The notes under the pieces: model-generated
Database searches by the model: none
What the model was told of the DNA's origin: nothing
What the model saw: only the letters and a program-made list of their open reading frames with translations
Program-made: the position numbers and the translations under genes
Source of the DNA: an uncultured bacterium
GTDB lineage: Bacteria; Chlamydiota; Chlamydiia; Chlamydiales; SM23-39
Length of the DNA: 64,000 nt
Assembly: GCA_963716985.1 (NCBI GenBank)
Contig: OY970323.1
Location: 1,536,001-1,600,000, forward strand
Reading direction: 5' to 3'
Shown: positions 18,437-28,102 of the stretch, piece by piece
How the letters are laid out: each line of letters starts with the position of its first letter
Position numbering within the stretch: the stretch's first letter is position 1

Positions 18437-19114
18437 ATGCACCATACGATTCCCACCCTTTTTCAGACAGGAACCCTTCCTTCTTTCCTCCAATGTCTTT
18501 ACGAGGGGGATACGGAACTTCAAGTATTGCTCTCTCATGGAGATTTTGGAATTGGAACCTATAATTGTCTTGACGGAGAGCTCATTTTGCTAGATGGGCA
18601 GTTTTATCAGACAAATGAAAACGGAAGGGTGACAAAACCCTCCTTGCAAATGAAAACTCCTTTCAGCAACGTTCTTTTCTTCCAAAAAATAAAGGAACTT
18701 CCCCTGCAACAGATCTCATCTGTTCAAAATTTAGAAAAGGAGCTGTCTCTCCATCTAAAAACAAAAAATTATATCCACGCATTTCGCATCGACGGCAAGT
18801 TTCAGGAGGTCAAAATCCGAAGTGTTCTCAAGCAAAAGGCTCCCTTCCGTCCTTTTCAAAGTCAGCCCCATGCAGTTTCCGAAACGAGTTTGCAAGAAGC
18901 GCGGGGAACCATTTTAGGCCTCCGATTTCCCTCCTATCTGCGCTCTTTAAACGTCGAGGGATACCATTTTCATTTCATCGATGAGAAAAAAGAATACGGC
19001 GGCCATCTTTGTGCCGCAAAAATTGTCAAAGCTGCCGCGCACATCTGTCCGATTGAGAATTTTCAACTCCACCTTCCCGACACGAAAGAATTTCAAAAAA
19101 TGAATTTACCTTGA
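18437..19114 (+). CDS. budA: Alpha-acetolactate decarboxylase
   Basis: HGDFGIGT..LDGELI, GYHFHFI, GGH zinc motifs; ATG 18437 with GAGG RBS. Confidence 0.9.
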   Translation: MHHTIPTLFQTGTLPSFLQCLYEGDTELQVLLSHGDFGIGTYNCLDGELILLDGQFYQTNENGRVTKPSLQMKTPFSNVLFFQKIKELPLQQISSVQNLEKELSLHLKTKNYIHAFRIDGKFQEVKIRSVLKQKAPFRPFQSQPHAVSETSLQEARGTILGLRFPSYLRSLNVEGYHFHFIDEKKEYGGHLCAAKIVKAAAHICPIENFQLHLPDTKEFQKMNLP

Positions 19115-19157
19115 CATTTGATTGCGTTTAAGAAAGATTGAAAAATAAAAATTTGTC

Positions 19158-19823
19158 ATGAAAAAAGCCCTTTTTTTGGTTTTTCTTTTATCCTGCTCTT
19201 TTTTATCGCAGCTGCTTCCATCCACTTCTTTGATCTACGAAGAAAGCATAGGGGAGCAAAAACTCAAAACCACCTATCACATCTCCGAAAAAGATGGCAA
19301 GCGCATCATCGAAAGCGACGATGCAAAAGAGAGCTATTCCATGACATTCTCGACAAACTATCAGATCGAGAAAATGGTCTATTCCTCCAAAGAAAATGAC
19401 AATCAATATCAAATCTCCTTGCAAAACTCCGTCGTCTTTTTTGAAGGAAAAGTCGATGGAAAACAAAGAGCGAAAAGCTTCCCCCTGACCAATAGACCGT
19501 GGATGCAAAATTTTATCTTTGGACTCCTCCCATTTGCAGCATCCAACCAAACCTCCTACTCGTTTTTTATCATTAACACAAAAGATCTTCTGGCCTATCA
19601 AATGCGCGCAAAAAAAATGGAAATGGCAACGATCACCGTCCAAAATCAACCCTACAAAGCGCAGAGGATCGAAATTCGCCTTGCCGGATTTAAGGGGCTT
19701 TTCTGGAAAGCAGAGCTCTGGTTTGATACGGAAACACATCAAATGATCCTCTATCAGACAAACGAAGGGCCCAACACTCCGATGACCACGCTCGAATTTG
19801 TCTCAAAACATCCTTCTTTATAA
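19158..19823 (+). CDS. Secreted hypothetical beta-rich protein
   Basis: Signal peptide MKKALFLVFLL; long clean ORF. Confidence 0.7.
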   Translation: MKKALFLVFLLSCSFLSQLLPSTSLIYEESIGEQKLKTTYHISEKDGKRIIESDDAKESYSMTFSTNYQIEKMVYSSKENDNQYQISLQNSVVFFEGKVDGKQRAKSFPLTNRPWMQNFIFGLLPFAASNQTSYSFFIINTKDLLAYQMRAKKMEMATITVQNQPYKAQRIEIRLAGFKGLFWKAELWFDTETHQMILYQTNEGPNTPMTTLEFVSKHPSL

Positions 19824-19867
19824 CTCTCTTTGGTGCTATGTTTATTTTTATTTAACGAGCTTGCTCG

Positions 19868-21007
19868 ATGAAGATCCTGATACTCAAAGAAAAAGACTTC
19901 CCCCAAGAAAAAAGAATTGCCATCACACCTGAAAATGGTAAAAAGCTCAAAGATCTCGGAGCGGATCTTTTGATCCAGCAAGGACTCGGCGAGCATCTCA
20001 ACATTTCCGATGAACAATTTGTCAAAGCCGGATCCACCATTTTTTCCGACCCAATACCCGCTCTTGCTTCGGCCGACATTCTCCTCGGCGTACAAAAACC
20101 TGCCCTAGACACACTCTCCCGATTAAAGAAAGATGCTCTTGTGATCTCATTTCTCGACCCCTATCAAGAAAAAGATCTCGTCCAAGAATTGCTCTCGCGC
20201 GGTCTTTCGTCGATTAGTCTGGAGCTCATGCCCAGAACAACTCTTGCCCAAAAAATGGATGCGTTAAGCTCGCAGGCCAACCTTGCCGGCTACGTTGCGG
20301 TCATCACCGCAGCCTCCCTGCTTCCCAAGATTTTCCCCATGATGACAACTCCCGCAGGAAGTCTTTCTCCCGCCACCGTTTTCATTATCGGAGCGGGCGT
20401 GGCGGGACTGCAGGCCATTGCCACTGCCAGACGCCTCGGTGCTCGCGTAGAGGCCTTCGACACTCGTTCGATTGTGGAAGAACAGGTCAAATCATTAGGT
20501 GCGAAATTCATCAAAATCGATTTGGGAGAAACGCAAGCTACAAAAGAGGGCTACGCAAAGCCATTGACGGAAGAGCAGCTCCAAAAACAGAGAGCTGCAA
20601 TGGAAAACGCCTGTGCAAGTGCCGACGTTGTCATCACAACCGCCCAGACATTTGGGAAAAAAGCGCCTCTGCTCTTGACGCGTAAAAATCTAGAATCGAT
20701 GAAACCTGGCTCCATTCTCATCGATCTTGCCATTGACAGCGGCGGAAACATCGAGGGATCAAAACCCAATGAAATCGTCGAGCTTCATGGAGTCAAGATT
20801 CTCGGGCTTAGCAACCCTGCCAGCAGAGTCGCTCTTCACGCCTCGCAAATGCTCTCTTCCAATCTCGTCCACCTCTTGAATCATTTCTGGGATAAGCAAG
20901 AGAAAAAGTTCCGGCTCAATCTCGAAGATGAAATATTAAAAGGATGCCTATTGACCCACCAAAAGCAGATCATCAACGAAACCATCAAAAAACTTTATTC
21001 TGCATAA
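19868..21007 (+). CDS. pntA: NAD(P) transhydrogenase alpha subunit (soluble domain I only)
   Basis: EKRIAITP, AQKMDALSSQANLAGY, PMMTTPAG, IGAGVAGLQAIATARRLGA, DLAIDSGGN; no TM segment. Confidence 0.9.
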   Translation: MKILILKEKDFPQEKRIAITPENGKKLKDLGADLLIQQGLGEHLNISDEQFVKAGSTIFSDPIPALASADILLGVQKPALDTLSRLKKDALVISFLDPYQEKDLVQELLSRGLSSISLELMPRTTLAQKMDALSSQANLAGYVAVITAASLLPKIFPMMTTPAGSLSPATVFIIGAGVAGLQAIATARRLGARVEAFDTRSIVEEQVKSLGAKFIKIDLGETQATKEGYAKPLTEEQLQKQRAAMENACASADVVITTAQTFGKKAPLLLTRKNLESMKPGSILIDLAIDSGGNIEGSKPNEIVELHGVKILGLSNPASRVALHASQMLSSNLVHLLNHFWDKQEKKFRLNLEDEILKGCLLTHQKQIINETIKKLYSA

Positions 21008-21075
21008 GAGTTCTTTAACAAAGCGGCTCTTGCAAATTGGGCCAATCGCCTCTTTGTTTGATAAAGGAGATTTTC

Positions 21076-21585
21076 ATGAACACGTTAGACGCAATTTATA
21101 CTCGCAGAAGCATTCGTAAACTTTCCAATGAAAAAATTGCTCCCGAAATCGTAAATGAGCTACTCAAAGCCGCCATGAGCGCTCCTTCAGCGCATAATGA
21201 GCAGCCCTGGCAATTCATCCTGATTGACGACCCAAAACTTCTTGTCGCAATTCCCAAATTTCATCCCCATTGCGCCATGGCCCCCTCTGCCTCTTTGGGC
21301 ATTTTAATCGCAGGAGACTTAAGAGTTCAAAAAGCCGATGGTCTTTGGCCGCAGAGCTGCTCTGCCGCGACCCAAAACCTTCTTCTCGCTGCCCATGAAA
21401 AAGGTCTTGGGGCCGTATGGACGGGGGTCTATCCCAACGAAGAGAGGATAAAAGGCTTTCAAAAGCTCTTATCTCTTCCCAAAGAGGTCATTCCTTTCTC
21501 TTTCGTTCCCGTTGGACATGCCTTGGAGAAACCCCCTCTGCAAAATCGATTTCTCAAAGAGCGGATCCACCATAATCAATGGTAG
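21076..21585 (+). CDS. Nitroreductase family protein
   Basis: RRSIRK, APSAHNEQPW, GLGAVW; RBS AAGGAG. Confidence 0.9.
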   Translation: MNTLDAIYTRRSIRKLSNEKIAPEIVNELLKAAMSAPSAHNEQPWQFILIDDPKLLVAIPKFHPHCAMAPSASLGILIAGDLRVQKADGLWPQSCSAATQNLLLAAHEKGLGAVWTGVYPNEERIKGFQKLLSLPKEVIPFSFVPVGHALEKPPLQNRFLKERIHHNQW

Positions 21586-21693
21586 ATTATTAAATCACTA
21601 TGAACTGAAGCTCATAGAATTAAGAAAAATGACTGAAAGTCAAGAACTAAAGTCTTGGACTGAAAATCCAGAGATTTGACTAACGATATGAGA

Positions 21694-21771
21694 CATTAAA
21701 TCTACGTCTTGAGCTTCCCCCTCTTTGAAGCGAAAGACTATCGCCCAATTACCGTTAACATGAAGTAACCA
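21694..21771 (-). pseudogene. HigB-type toxin C-terminal remnant
   Basis: Manual translation WLLHVNGNWAIVFRFKEGEAQDVDLM resembles the HigB C-terminus (VNGNWR..F.F..G.A..VD). Confidence 0.6.
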
Positions 21772-21787
21772 ATTACATTACATCATG

Positions 21788-22084
21788 TCAACAAATGCTG
21801 CATGTGACTGACTCCCCGAGAACTGACGATAAACGACAGCCCTCTTCTTCTAATCTTCTTTTTTGGGCATCTTTCCCTCCAAAGGCATAGGAGGAAGAGA
21901 GAGATCCATCTTGAAAGACTACGCGATGGCAAGGAATTTGGGAAGGCTCGGGATTCCGATGCAGAGCAAAACCTACAATGCGCGCAGAGGTCTTTGCTTT
22001 TTTTGCAATATCCCCATAGGTGGCAACGCTTCCTTTGGGAATCTTCTTCACCTCTTCATAAATACGATCAAAAACCTTTCCCAT
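21788..22084 (-). CDS. MGMT/Ogt-family alkylated-DNA protein (single domain)
   Basis: IPKGSVATYGDIA, ARIVG, IPCHRVV. Confidence 0.88.
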   Translation of the reverse strand: MGKVFDRIYEEVKKIPKGSVATYGDIAKKAKTSARIVGFALHRNPEPSQIPCHRVVFQDGSLSSSYAFGGKDAQKRRLEEEGCRLSSVLGESVTCSIC

Positions 22085-22092
22085 AAGAACTC

Positions 22093-22911
22093 CTATTCAG
22101 AAAATTTAATTTCCTTTCTCCAAGGAAATGAAAAAACAAAGCAAAGAGCTGCAACCAAAATGATCGTAGGCCCCGAAGGAAGATTGGCGTAAAAGGAGAG
22201 AACAAGCCCGAAAAGTGAAAAGATAGAGCCAAAAAGACAGGAGGTGAAAATCATCTTGGCAATCGATCCTGCCCTATGCCGCGCGATCGCGGCCGGAAGA
22301 GTGAGTAGAGCAATGACGAGGATCAGGCCAACGACCTGAATCAGCAAAACAACGATCAAAGCGATCATGCAAAGAAGAAATAGGTAAAAAAACGTCGTGG
22401 GAACGCCCCGAACATAGGCAAATTCCATATCAAAGGAGAGCGCAACGAACTCCTTGTAGAAAAGAGCGACGAAAAAACCAATTGCCGCCGTCAATATCCC
22501 CATAAAAATCAACGATTGGGTAGGGATCATAAGAACATTGCCAAAAAGATAGCTCATCAAATCGCTATACCCCGATGTTTTTGAAAGGAAAAGAATACCG
22601 ACTGCCATGCCGATCGCCCAAAGGGCATTGATCATCACATCTTCATAGTGCTTGATTTTGAGGCTGACAAACCCCAGCGCCAAAGCGACGAAGAGCGCGG
22701 AAGCAACTGCGCCCACTAAGGGACTTGCATGAAGGAAAAAGGCGATCCCCATTCCTCCTAAAATTGCATGGGCGATCCCTCCGGCAATAGAACTCATCTG
22801 CCGAACCACAACAAAGGGCCCCACAATCCCGCAGGCAATGCTTGCGATCATTGCGCCGATCAGGGCATTCATGAGAAATTCATGGGTAAAAAGAAGGGCG
22901 ATAAAGTTCAT
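22093..22911 (-). CDS. Zn/Mn ABC transporter permease (ZnuB-like)
   Basis: IAHAILGG, YLFGN, VGLILVIALL, PSGPTII. Confidence 0.9.
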   Translation of the reverse strand: MNFIALLFTHEFLMNALIGAMIASIACGIVGPFVVVRQMSSIAGGIAHAILGGMGIAFFLHASPLVGAVASALFVALALGFVSLKIKHYEDVMINALWAIGMAVGILFLSKTSGYSDLMSYLFGNVLMIPTQSLIFMGILTAAIGFFVALFYKEFVALSFDMEFAYVRGVPTTFFYLFLLCMIALIVVLLIQVVGLILVIALLTLPAAIARHRAGSIAKMIFTSCLFGSIFSLFGLVLSFYANLPSGPTIILVAALCFVFSFPWRKEIKFSE

Positions 22912-23651
22912 TTTTTTTCTCTCGTATGGTGATGGATCAACTGCACGGGCATTTGATAGAGCTCTTCAATTCTTTCCTGCGATAAAGGTGCCGTTTGATG
23001 ACAGATCAGCTTTCGATAAATACAGGCAACTCTTGTGATGTAGTGAGAGATGAAGCCGATATCGTGGGAGACGATCAAAATAGTGTACTGTTGGTTCATT
23101 TCCTTTAATAAATCGAAAAGATTTTCTTCTGCCAGAGGGTCTGTACTACTGGACGGCTCGTCCAAAAGAAGGATCTCCGGGCTCGAAGCGAGCGCCCTTG
23201 CAATCATCACTCGTTGCAGCTCTCCTCCGGAAAGAGTCCCAATTGCCCTTTTTCCCAAATGGGGGATCTGCAATTTTTGCAAAAGCTCTTTTGCAATTTC
23301 TCGGTCTTTTCTCGTGTAATTTCCCATCCATCTCGTTTTTCCGAGACGCCCCATCAAAACCGTCTCTTCGACCGAAATGGGAAAGGTGCGGGAAAAGGTC
23401 TTGAATTGAGGAACGTATCCAATTTTTACGCGCCCCTCTTTTGGAGGCAGGCCCAATACCTTTATGGAGCCGCTATTGGGAGTGAGCAGCCCTAAAATCA
23501 ATTTAAGAAGAGTGCTTTTCCCTCCCCCATTAGGTCCAATGATCCCGAGAAAATCCCCCTTTTCGACACACAGGGAAACATCCTCCAGGACAGGACAGCC
23601 CTCTTCATAAGAAAAGTTCACATTTGTACATTCAATGACCGGTGCTTGCAT
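22908..23651 (-). CDS. Zn/Mn ABC transporter ATPase (ZnuC-like)
   Basis: GPNGGGKST, LSGGELQR, LLLDEP, VSHD, His-rich tail; ATG 23651. Confidence 0.9.
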   Translation of the reverse strand: MQAPVIECTNVNFSYEEGCPVLEDVSLCVEKGDFLGIIGPNGGGKSTLLKLILGLLTPNSGSIKVLGLPPKEGRVKIGYVPQFKTFSRTFPISVEETVLMGRLGKTRWMGNYTRKDREIAKELLQKLQIPHLGKRAIGTLSGGELQRVMIARALASSPEILLLDEPSSSTDPLAEENLFDLLKEMNQQYTILIVSHDIGFISHYITRVACIYRKLICHQTAPLSQERIEELYQMPVQLIHHHTREKK

Positions 23652-24489
23652 TCGACATAGCCCTTTGTATTTTCGTTGCAACTTTTCGCATATTGGAAAA
23701 ATAATCCTCTTCCAAAGGATCAATTTCTTCTACTCTTCCTTGAAAAGCCAGCGCTACAGCGTCGGCGCTCTTGCGGCTCACTCCTTTTTGAATGAATATG
23801 ACTTGGATGTGTTCTTTTTTGGCAGATTCGATGATCGAGGCCAGATCTTGCAGCGAGGGCTCTTTGCCCTCTCTTTCCAAGGCTACCTCTTCGATCCCAT
23901 AATCCTTGGCAAAATAGTCCCAGGCAGGGTGAACGACATAAAATTTCTCCCCTCTAAGCGGCGCAAGCCGGGACGCGATTTCCCGATCGAGTATCTCAAG
24001 ATCCCGAATGAGACTCTCATAGCCGGATCGGTAGAGCCGCTCATTTGCAGGATCGATTTTACCAATATTTTCTACCATAACTCTTGCAATTTTTTTGGCA
24101 AGACTAGGAGATGTCCAGATATGAAGATCTCTCCCTTCTTCTCCCGGAAAAAGCTCCTTTTGAAGATCGACAAGTGTGATTTTTCGGCTCAAGTGCTGCA
24201 CTTTTTCTATCCATCTTTTTTCAAAGGGAAAGTCGGTAGAAAAATAGAGCTTTGCTTGCATCAAAAGAATCATTTCTTGGGGAGAAATTTCATAGGTTTC
24301 ATGATTCTGCCCCGCATGGACAAGCGCGCTAACCGAAATTTTTCCCTGAACAATGCGCTCGGCAAAACATTTTAAGGGCGCAACGCTTACCATAATCTGC
24401 GAAAGCGGCTCTTTTTTTGGCGTATAGAGATAAAAAAGGGCCATGAGAGCTAAGAGAAAAGCAAGCGTGATTGTAAAAAAAGCCTTCAT
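23632..24489 (-). CDS. Zn/Mn ABC substrate-binding protein (ZnuA-like)
   Basis: HETYE, DLHIWTSP, HPAWDYFA, DPL. Confidence 0.88.
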   Translation of the reverse strand: MKAFFTITLAFLLALMALFYLYTPKKEPLSQIMVSVAPLKCFAERIVQGKISVSALVHAGQNHETYEISPQEMILLMQAKLYFSTDFPFEKRWIEKVQHLSRKITLVDLQKELFPGEEGRDLHIWTSPSLAKKIARVMVENIGKIDPANERLYRSGYESLIRDLEILDREIASRLAPLRGEKFYVVHPAWDYFAKDYGIEEVALEREGKEPSLQDLASIIESAKKEHIQVIFIQKGVSRKSADAVALAFQGRVEEIDPLEEDYFSNMRKVATKIQRAMSNASTGH

Positions 24490-24651
24490 TCAGGAAAAAT
24501 CGAGTTATCGTTGATTAAGATTATCTACAAGAGGAGATTTTCACAAAAGGAAAGTCTGAAGCGATCCGTTCCTAGCTTCTTGCTTTTGGCATCGATTTTC
24601 CTATTTGCATAAATAACAAAAGTTGACGCATGCTTTTCATTCGGGGGCCCT

Positions 24652-25248
24652 ATGATCGAAGTTGAAAAAAAGTTTTTTATCGAAGAAAAGGAGCTTCTTC
24701 TTTTGCAACAGATGGCAACGTTTGTGAAAAAAAAATCTTTTACCGATATCTATTTTGACACGAGCGACTACCGCCTTACCTTAAAAAATATGTGGCTGCG
24801 AAAAAGAGATGATCTGTTCGAGTTAAAAATCGGCCTTAAGGAAAAAAGAGATTTCATCGACCAGTATCTCGAAATCGACAAAGAAGAAGAGATTGCAAAG
24901 AGACTCTCTCTTCCCCTCGCATCCGGCTTAGAAAAAGCTCTTAAAGAGGATGGTTTTTTCCCTTTCTGCACCTTTTCCACCACGCGAACAACCTATCGTC
25001 TGAAAGATCTCACGCTTGATTTCGATATTGCAAACTTCGGCGACATGACCTACCGCGTGATGGAGTGCGAGCTTATCGTCCCTCATGCAGACGACATTCC
25101 CTTGGCAGAGCAAAAAATCCACCACTTTTTACAAGAGCATCAAATCATAAGTGCAAAGCCCGCCCTTGGCAAAATTTCCGTCTACCTTGCGCATAAAAGA
25201 AAAGACCACTACCAAGCACTTGTCGATGCGGGGGTCCTTCATGAATAA
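24652..25248 (+). CDS. CYTH-domain (triphosphatase-like) protein
   Basis: EVEKKF (ExExK), DIYFD, WLRKR, ECE. Confidence 0.85.
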   Translation: MIEVEKKFFIEEKELLLLQQMATFVKKKSFTDIYFDTSDYRLTLKNMWLRKRDDLFELKIGLKEKRDFIDQYLEIDKEEEIAKRLSLPLASGLEKALKEDGFFPFCTFSTTRTTYRLKDLTLDFDIANFGDMTYRVMECELIVPHADDIPLAEQKIHHFLQEHQIISAKPALGKISVYLAHKRKDHYQALVDAGVLHE

Positions 25249-25687
25249 GGAAACGCCCCCCTGCCTCTGCGCTGTCGGAATCGTCATCTTTCACAATCAG
25301 TGTCTTTTCCTCGAGCGAAAAAAACCACCTCTTCTTTGGTGCCCTCCTTGCGGAAAAATGGAAGGAAAGGAATCGCCTCTCGCATGCGTCAAGCGCGAGG
25401 TCAAAGAAGAAACCGCTCTTGAAGTCGACCCTCTTCTTTGCATCCATGTATGGCGTGGGGTAGTTTTGGGCAATGACGTGCTCAGCTTTTCCTATGTTTG
25501 CAGAGCTTCTTCTTCAAAGGTCACACTTTCCGAGGAGCATTCCGCCTACCAATGGATCGACATTTCCAAACTCTCTTCCTACTCGCTTCCCACCGATTTT
25601 GATCTTTCCCTCTGGCCGCTTTGGATCGAATCGGCGCTTTTTTTTCAAAAAAACAGGGACCGGCTGGAAAAAAAGAGCCATTCATAA
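25241..25687 (+). CDS. NUDIX hydrolase
   Basis: GKMEGKESPLACVKREVKEETAL, LSEEH; overlaps CYTH stop. Confidence 0.85.
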   Translation: MNKETPPCLCAVGIVIFHNQCLFLERKKPPLLWCPPCGKMEGKESPLACVKREVKEETALEVDPLLCIHVWRGVVLGNDVLSFSYVCRASSSKVTLSEEHSAYQWIDISKLSSYSLPTDFDLSLWPLWIESALFFQKNRDRLEKKSHS

Positions 25688-25734
25688 TACATTTTGTGCA
25701 GATTCCTCTCAAAAAAATTTGAATATTTGTTATC

Positions 25735-26319
25735 ATGCATTCTAAAATGGTGGAAAACTTTATGATCGCTGCCCAAATCAAGATTCCTTTCTTTGAACCT
25801 TTAAAAAAGAGTCTATTTTTCTCGGTTCTGCAAATTTTTGGAGCCTCTCTATTGCTGGCTCTTTTTTCTCAAATTTGCATTCCACTCGGGTTTAGTCCCA
25901 TACCGATTACTGGGCAGACATTTGGAATAATGCTGATCGGCGCTACTATGGGAAGCCGCAAAGCTTTTTTTAGCGTTATTGCTTATCTTATTGAAGGAAC
26001 CTTGGGATGCCCTTTTTTTGCAGGCGGAAGTTCTGGACTCATCTGTCTTCTTGGCCCATCAGGAGGATATTGGTTGGGATTTATTTTTCAGGCCTATTTC
26101 GTAGGAAGATTCACCGAAAGGCAAATTTCATTTCAAGGAATAAAAATTTTGTCTATCCTTTTACTCTCCTCCTCTCTTCAATTAGGCCTGGGAGTATTAT
26201 GGCTTTCATTCTTTGTCGGTTTTGGCACAGCCGTAATCATCGGCCTTTTACCATTTCTCTTAGGCGATATTATGAAATCGATCGTTCTAACGCTCTATTT
26301 GAAAAAGCACTATCGATAA
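25735..26319 (+). CDS. bioY: Biotin transporter BioY
   Basis: PIPITGQT, YLIEG..G.PFFAG, GPSGGY, PFLLGD..K. Confidence 0.9.
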   Translation: MHSKMVENFMIAAQIKIPFFEPLKKSLFFSVLQIFGASLLLALFSQICIPLGFSPIPITGQTFGIMLIGATMGSRKAFFSVIAYLIEGTLGCPFFAGGSSGLICLLGPSGGYWLGFIFQAYFVGRFTERQISFQGIKILSILLLSSSLQLGLGVLWLSFFVGFGTAVIIGLLPFLLGDIMKSIVLTLYLKKHYR

Positions 26320-26345
26320 AAAAGGCTATTTATTAAAAATTTTTT

Positions 26346-27131
26346 ATGAAAAAAATTCTCATTTACGCCGGATCGGGAGTAAACCCTGTTTGCATAAAGA
26401 CGCTTTTATGGGCTTTGAAGCTTGAAAAACTCGATTCTTTTTACTCTCTCTCTTTGGTCGATCATAACAATTTTCTCGGAACCCAATGGCAAAAAGAGAC
26501 CCATTTGGTCATTTTTCCTGGTGGAAGAGACATCCCCTATCATGACGCATTAAAGGGCGCTGCTAATCGCCAACTTTCTGAGTTCGTTTATCAAGGCGGG
26601 AACTTTCTCGGCATCTGTGCAGGTGGTTATTATGGATGTGCATCGATTGAATTCGAGAAAGGAGGCCCCTTAGAAATTGTACAAGATAGAGAGTTGCAAT
26701 TCTTTCCTGGCATCGCCCGCGGACCTGCCTACGGTCTTGGGAAATTTCGATATCAAAGTGAAAAAGGTTCGCAAATTGCGCAGTTAACTCTTTTTCCATC
26801 ACCCTCTAGCTTAAGTTGCCCCTCTTCCGCCTATTACAATGGCGGATGTTCTTTTGTGAAAGCTGAACAGTATGAGAACGTTTCCATTCTTGCGCAGTAT
26901 GCAAATATCAAAGGCAACCCAGCTGCGATCGTAAAGTGTTGTGTTGGAAAAGGGATTGCAATCCTTTGCGGAGTTCATCCCGAATATAGCGCTTTTTATT
27001 CCGATGCGAAAAATCGCTTCAAAACAAATTTCTTTTTAGCCATGCAAAAAATAGAAAATCAGAGAAGAGCTCTTTTTCAAACAATTTTAAAACTTTTAAG
27101 CTTGCCAAACGGTTCTAAAGAGACTCATTAG
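26346..27131 (+). CDS. Biotin-protein ligase N-terminal (BPL_N, glutamine amidotransferase-like) protein
   Basis: FPGGRDIPY, LGICAGGYY, YYNGG, GVHPE; adjacent to bioY. Confidence 0.85.
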   Translation: MKKILIYAGSGVNPVCIKTLLWALKLEKLDSFYSLSLVDHNNFLGTQWQKETHLVIFPGGRDIPYHDALKGAANRQLSEFVYQGGNFLGICAGGYYGCASIEFEKGGPLEIVQDRELQFFPGIARGPAYGLGKFRYQSEKGSQIAQLTLFPSPSSLSCPSSAYYNGGCSFVKAEQYENVSILAQYANIKGNPAAIVKCCVGKGIAILCGVHPEYSAFYSDAKNRFKTNFFLAMQKIENQRRALFQTILKLLSLPNGSKETH

Positions 27132-27141
27132 GAGTTTCTTA

Positions 27142-27477
27142 TCAAGCGAGGCGGGTGCCATTGGGAACTTTTCTCTCGGGAGAGGCAAGGACAACGCTAT
27201 CGCCGAGGATAAATCCGCAAACGAGCACCTCTGAGACAAAAGGGCCGATCCTCTTTGGCGGGAAGTTGACAACGCAAATCACCTGCTTTCCCACAAGATC
27301 TTCCTTTCGGTAGAGTTTTGTGATTTGAGCGCTTGAGCTCTTGACGCCCATTTTCTCTCCCAAATCCACCTGGAGCCGATAGGCGCTTTTTTTTGCCTCG
27401 GGAAACTCTTCTGCCGACACAATCGTTCCTGAAAGAAGGACCACCTTTTCAAAATCACTCCAATGGATCTCATCCAT
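27142..27477 (-). CDS. csaA: tRNA-binding/export chaperone CsaA
   Basis: SSAQIT, VVNFPPKRIGPFVSEVL, VPNG. Confidence 0.88.
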   Translation of the reverse strand: MDEIHWSDFEKVVLLSGTIVSAEEFPEAKKSAYRLQVDLGEKMGVKSSSAQITKLYRKEDLVGKQVICVVNFPPKRIGPFVSEVLVCGFILGDSVVLASPERKVPNGTRLA

Positions 27478-28102
27478 TTGCAAACCCTCCTGAAAAAACA
27501 TCTGACGAGCGAATAAATTTTGCCCCTTTCCTTTTCATATCATTCAATGCCCACTCTTCCTCTTTCTCCCCAGGATAGACGGCGGCTATTGCATCTTGAA
27601 TGACAAAAACCGAAAAGCCCAAAGAGAGCGCATCGAGGACCGAAGAATGGACGCAATATTCCGTTGTAAGTCCCGCAAAATAGAGTGCAAAAAGATCTTT
27701 TTTCAGAAGATACTCAAAAAGATGCGTCGTCTCCCCACCTTCATCAAAAAAAACGCTGTAGCTATCAAATTCCAGATCCCGTCCCTTATAAACAGTAAGT
27801 TCGATCTTTTTTGTGTCCAAATAGGCGCTCACTTCCGCCCCTTTGCTAAACTCTACGCAATGAACCGGCCAAAGCCTCTGTTTCCTGCCATGCACCAGGA
27901 TCGTCTCACCCGCACTCTTTCCATGACGGCTAGCAAAGCTTATGTGATTGCTCGGATGCCAGTCTTGGGAGGCAATGACATGATCGAAAAAAGGAATCAA
28001 GGAATTGATGACGGGGATCAGCTCATCGCCCCCTTTGATTTTTAAAGAGCCGTTTGAAAGAAAATCATTTTGCATGTCAACGATGATGAGTGTTTTGTCC
28101 AC
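27470..28102 (-). CDS. pncA: Nicotinamidase/pyrazinamidase
   Basis: VDMQNDF, QDWHP.NH.SF, WPVHCV, DSYS.F, GLTTEYCV. Confidence 0.92.
   Translation of the reverse strand: MDKTLIIVDMQNDFLSNGSLKIKGGDELIPVINSLIPFFDHVIASQDWHPSNHISFASRHGKSAGETILVHGRKQRLWPVHCVEFSKGAEVSAYLDTKKIELTVYKGRDLEFDSYSVFFDEGGETTHLFEYLLKKDLFALYFAGLTTEYCVHSSVLDALSLGFSVFVIQDAIAAVYPGEKEEEWALNDMKRKGAKFIRSSDVFSGGFANG

Noticed and set aside
23635..24375. Long antisense ORFs (also 31316-32023, 32372-33073, 40997-41626, 50951-51589, 59251-59844)
   Set aside because: Shadows of well-supported genes on the opposite strand, with no motifs
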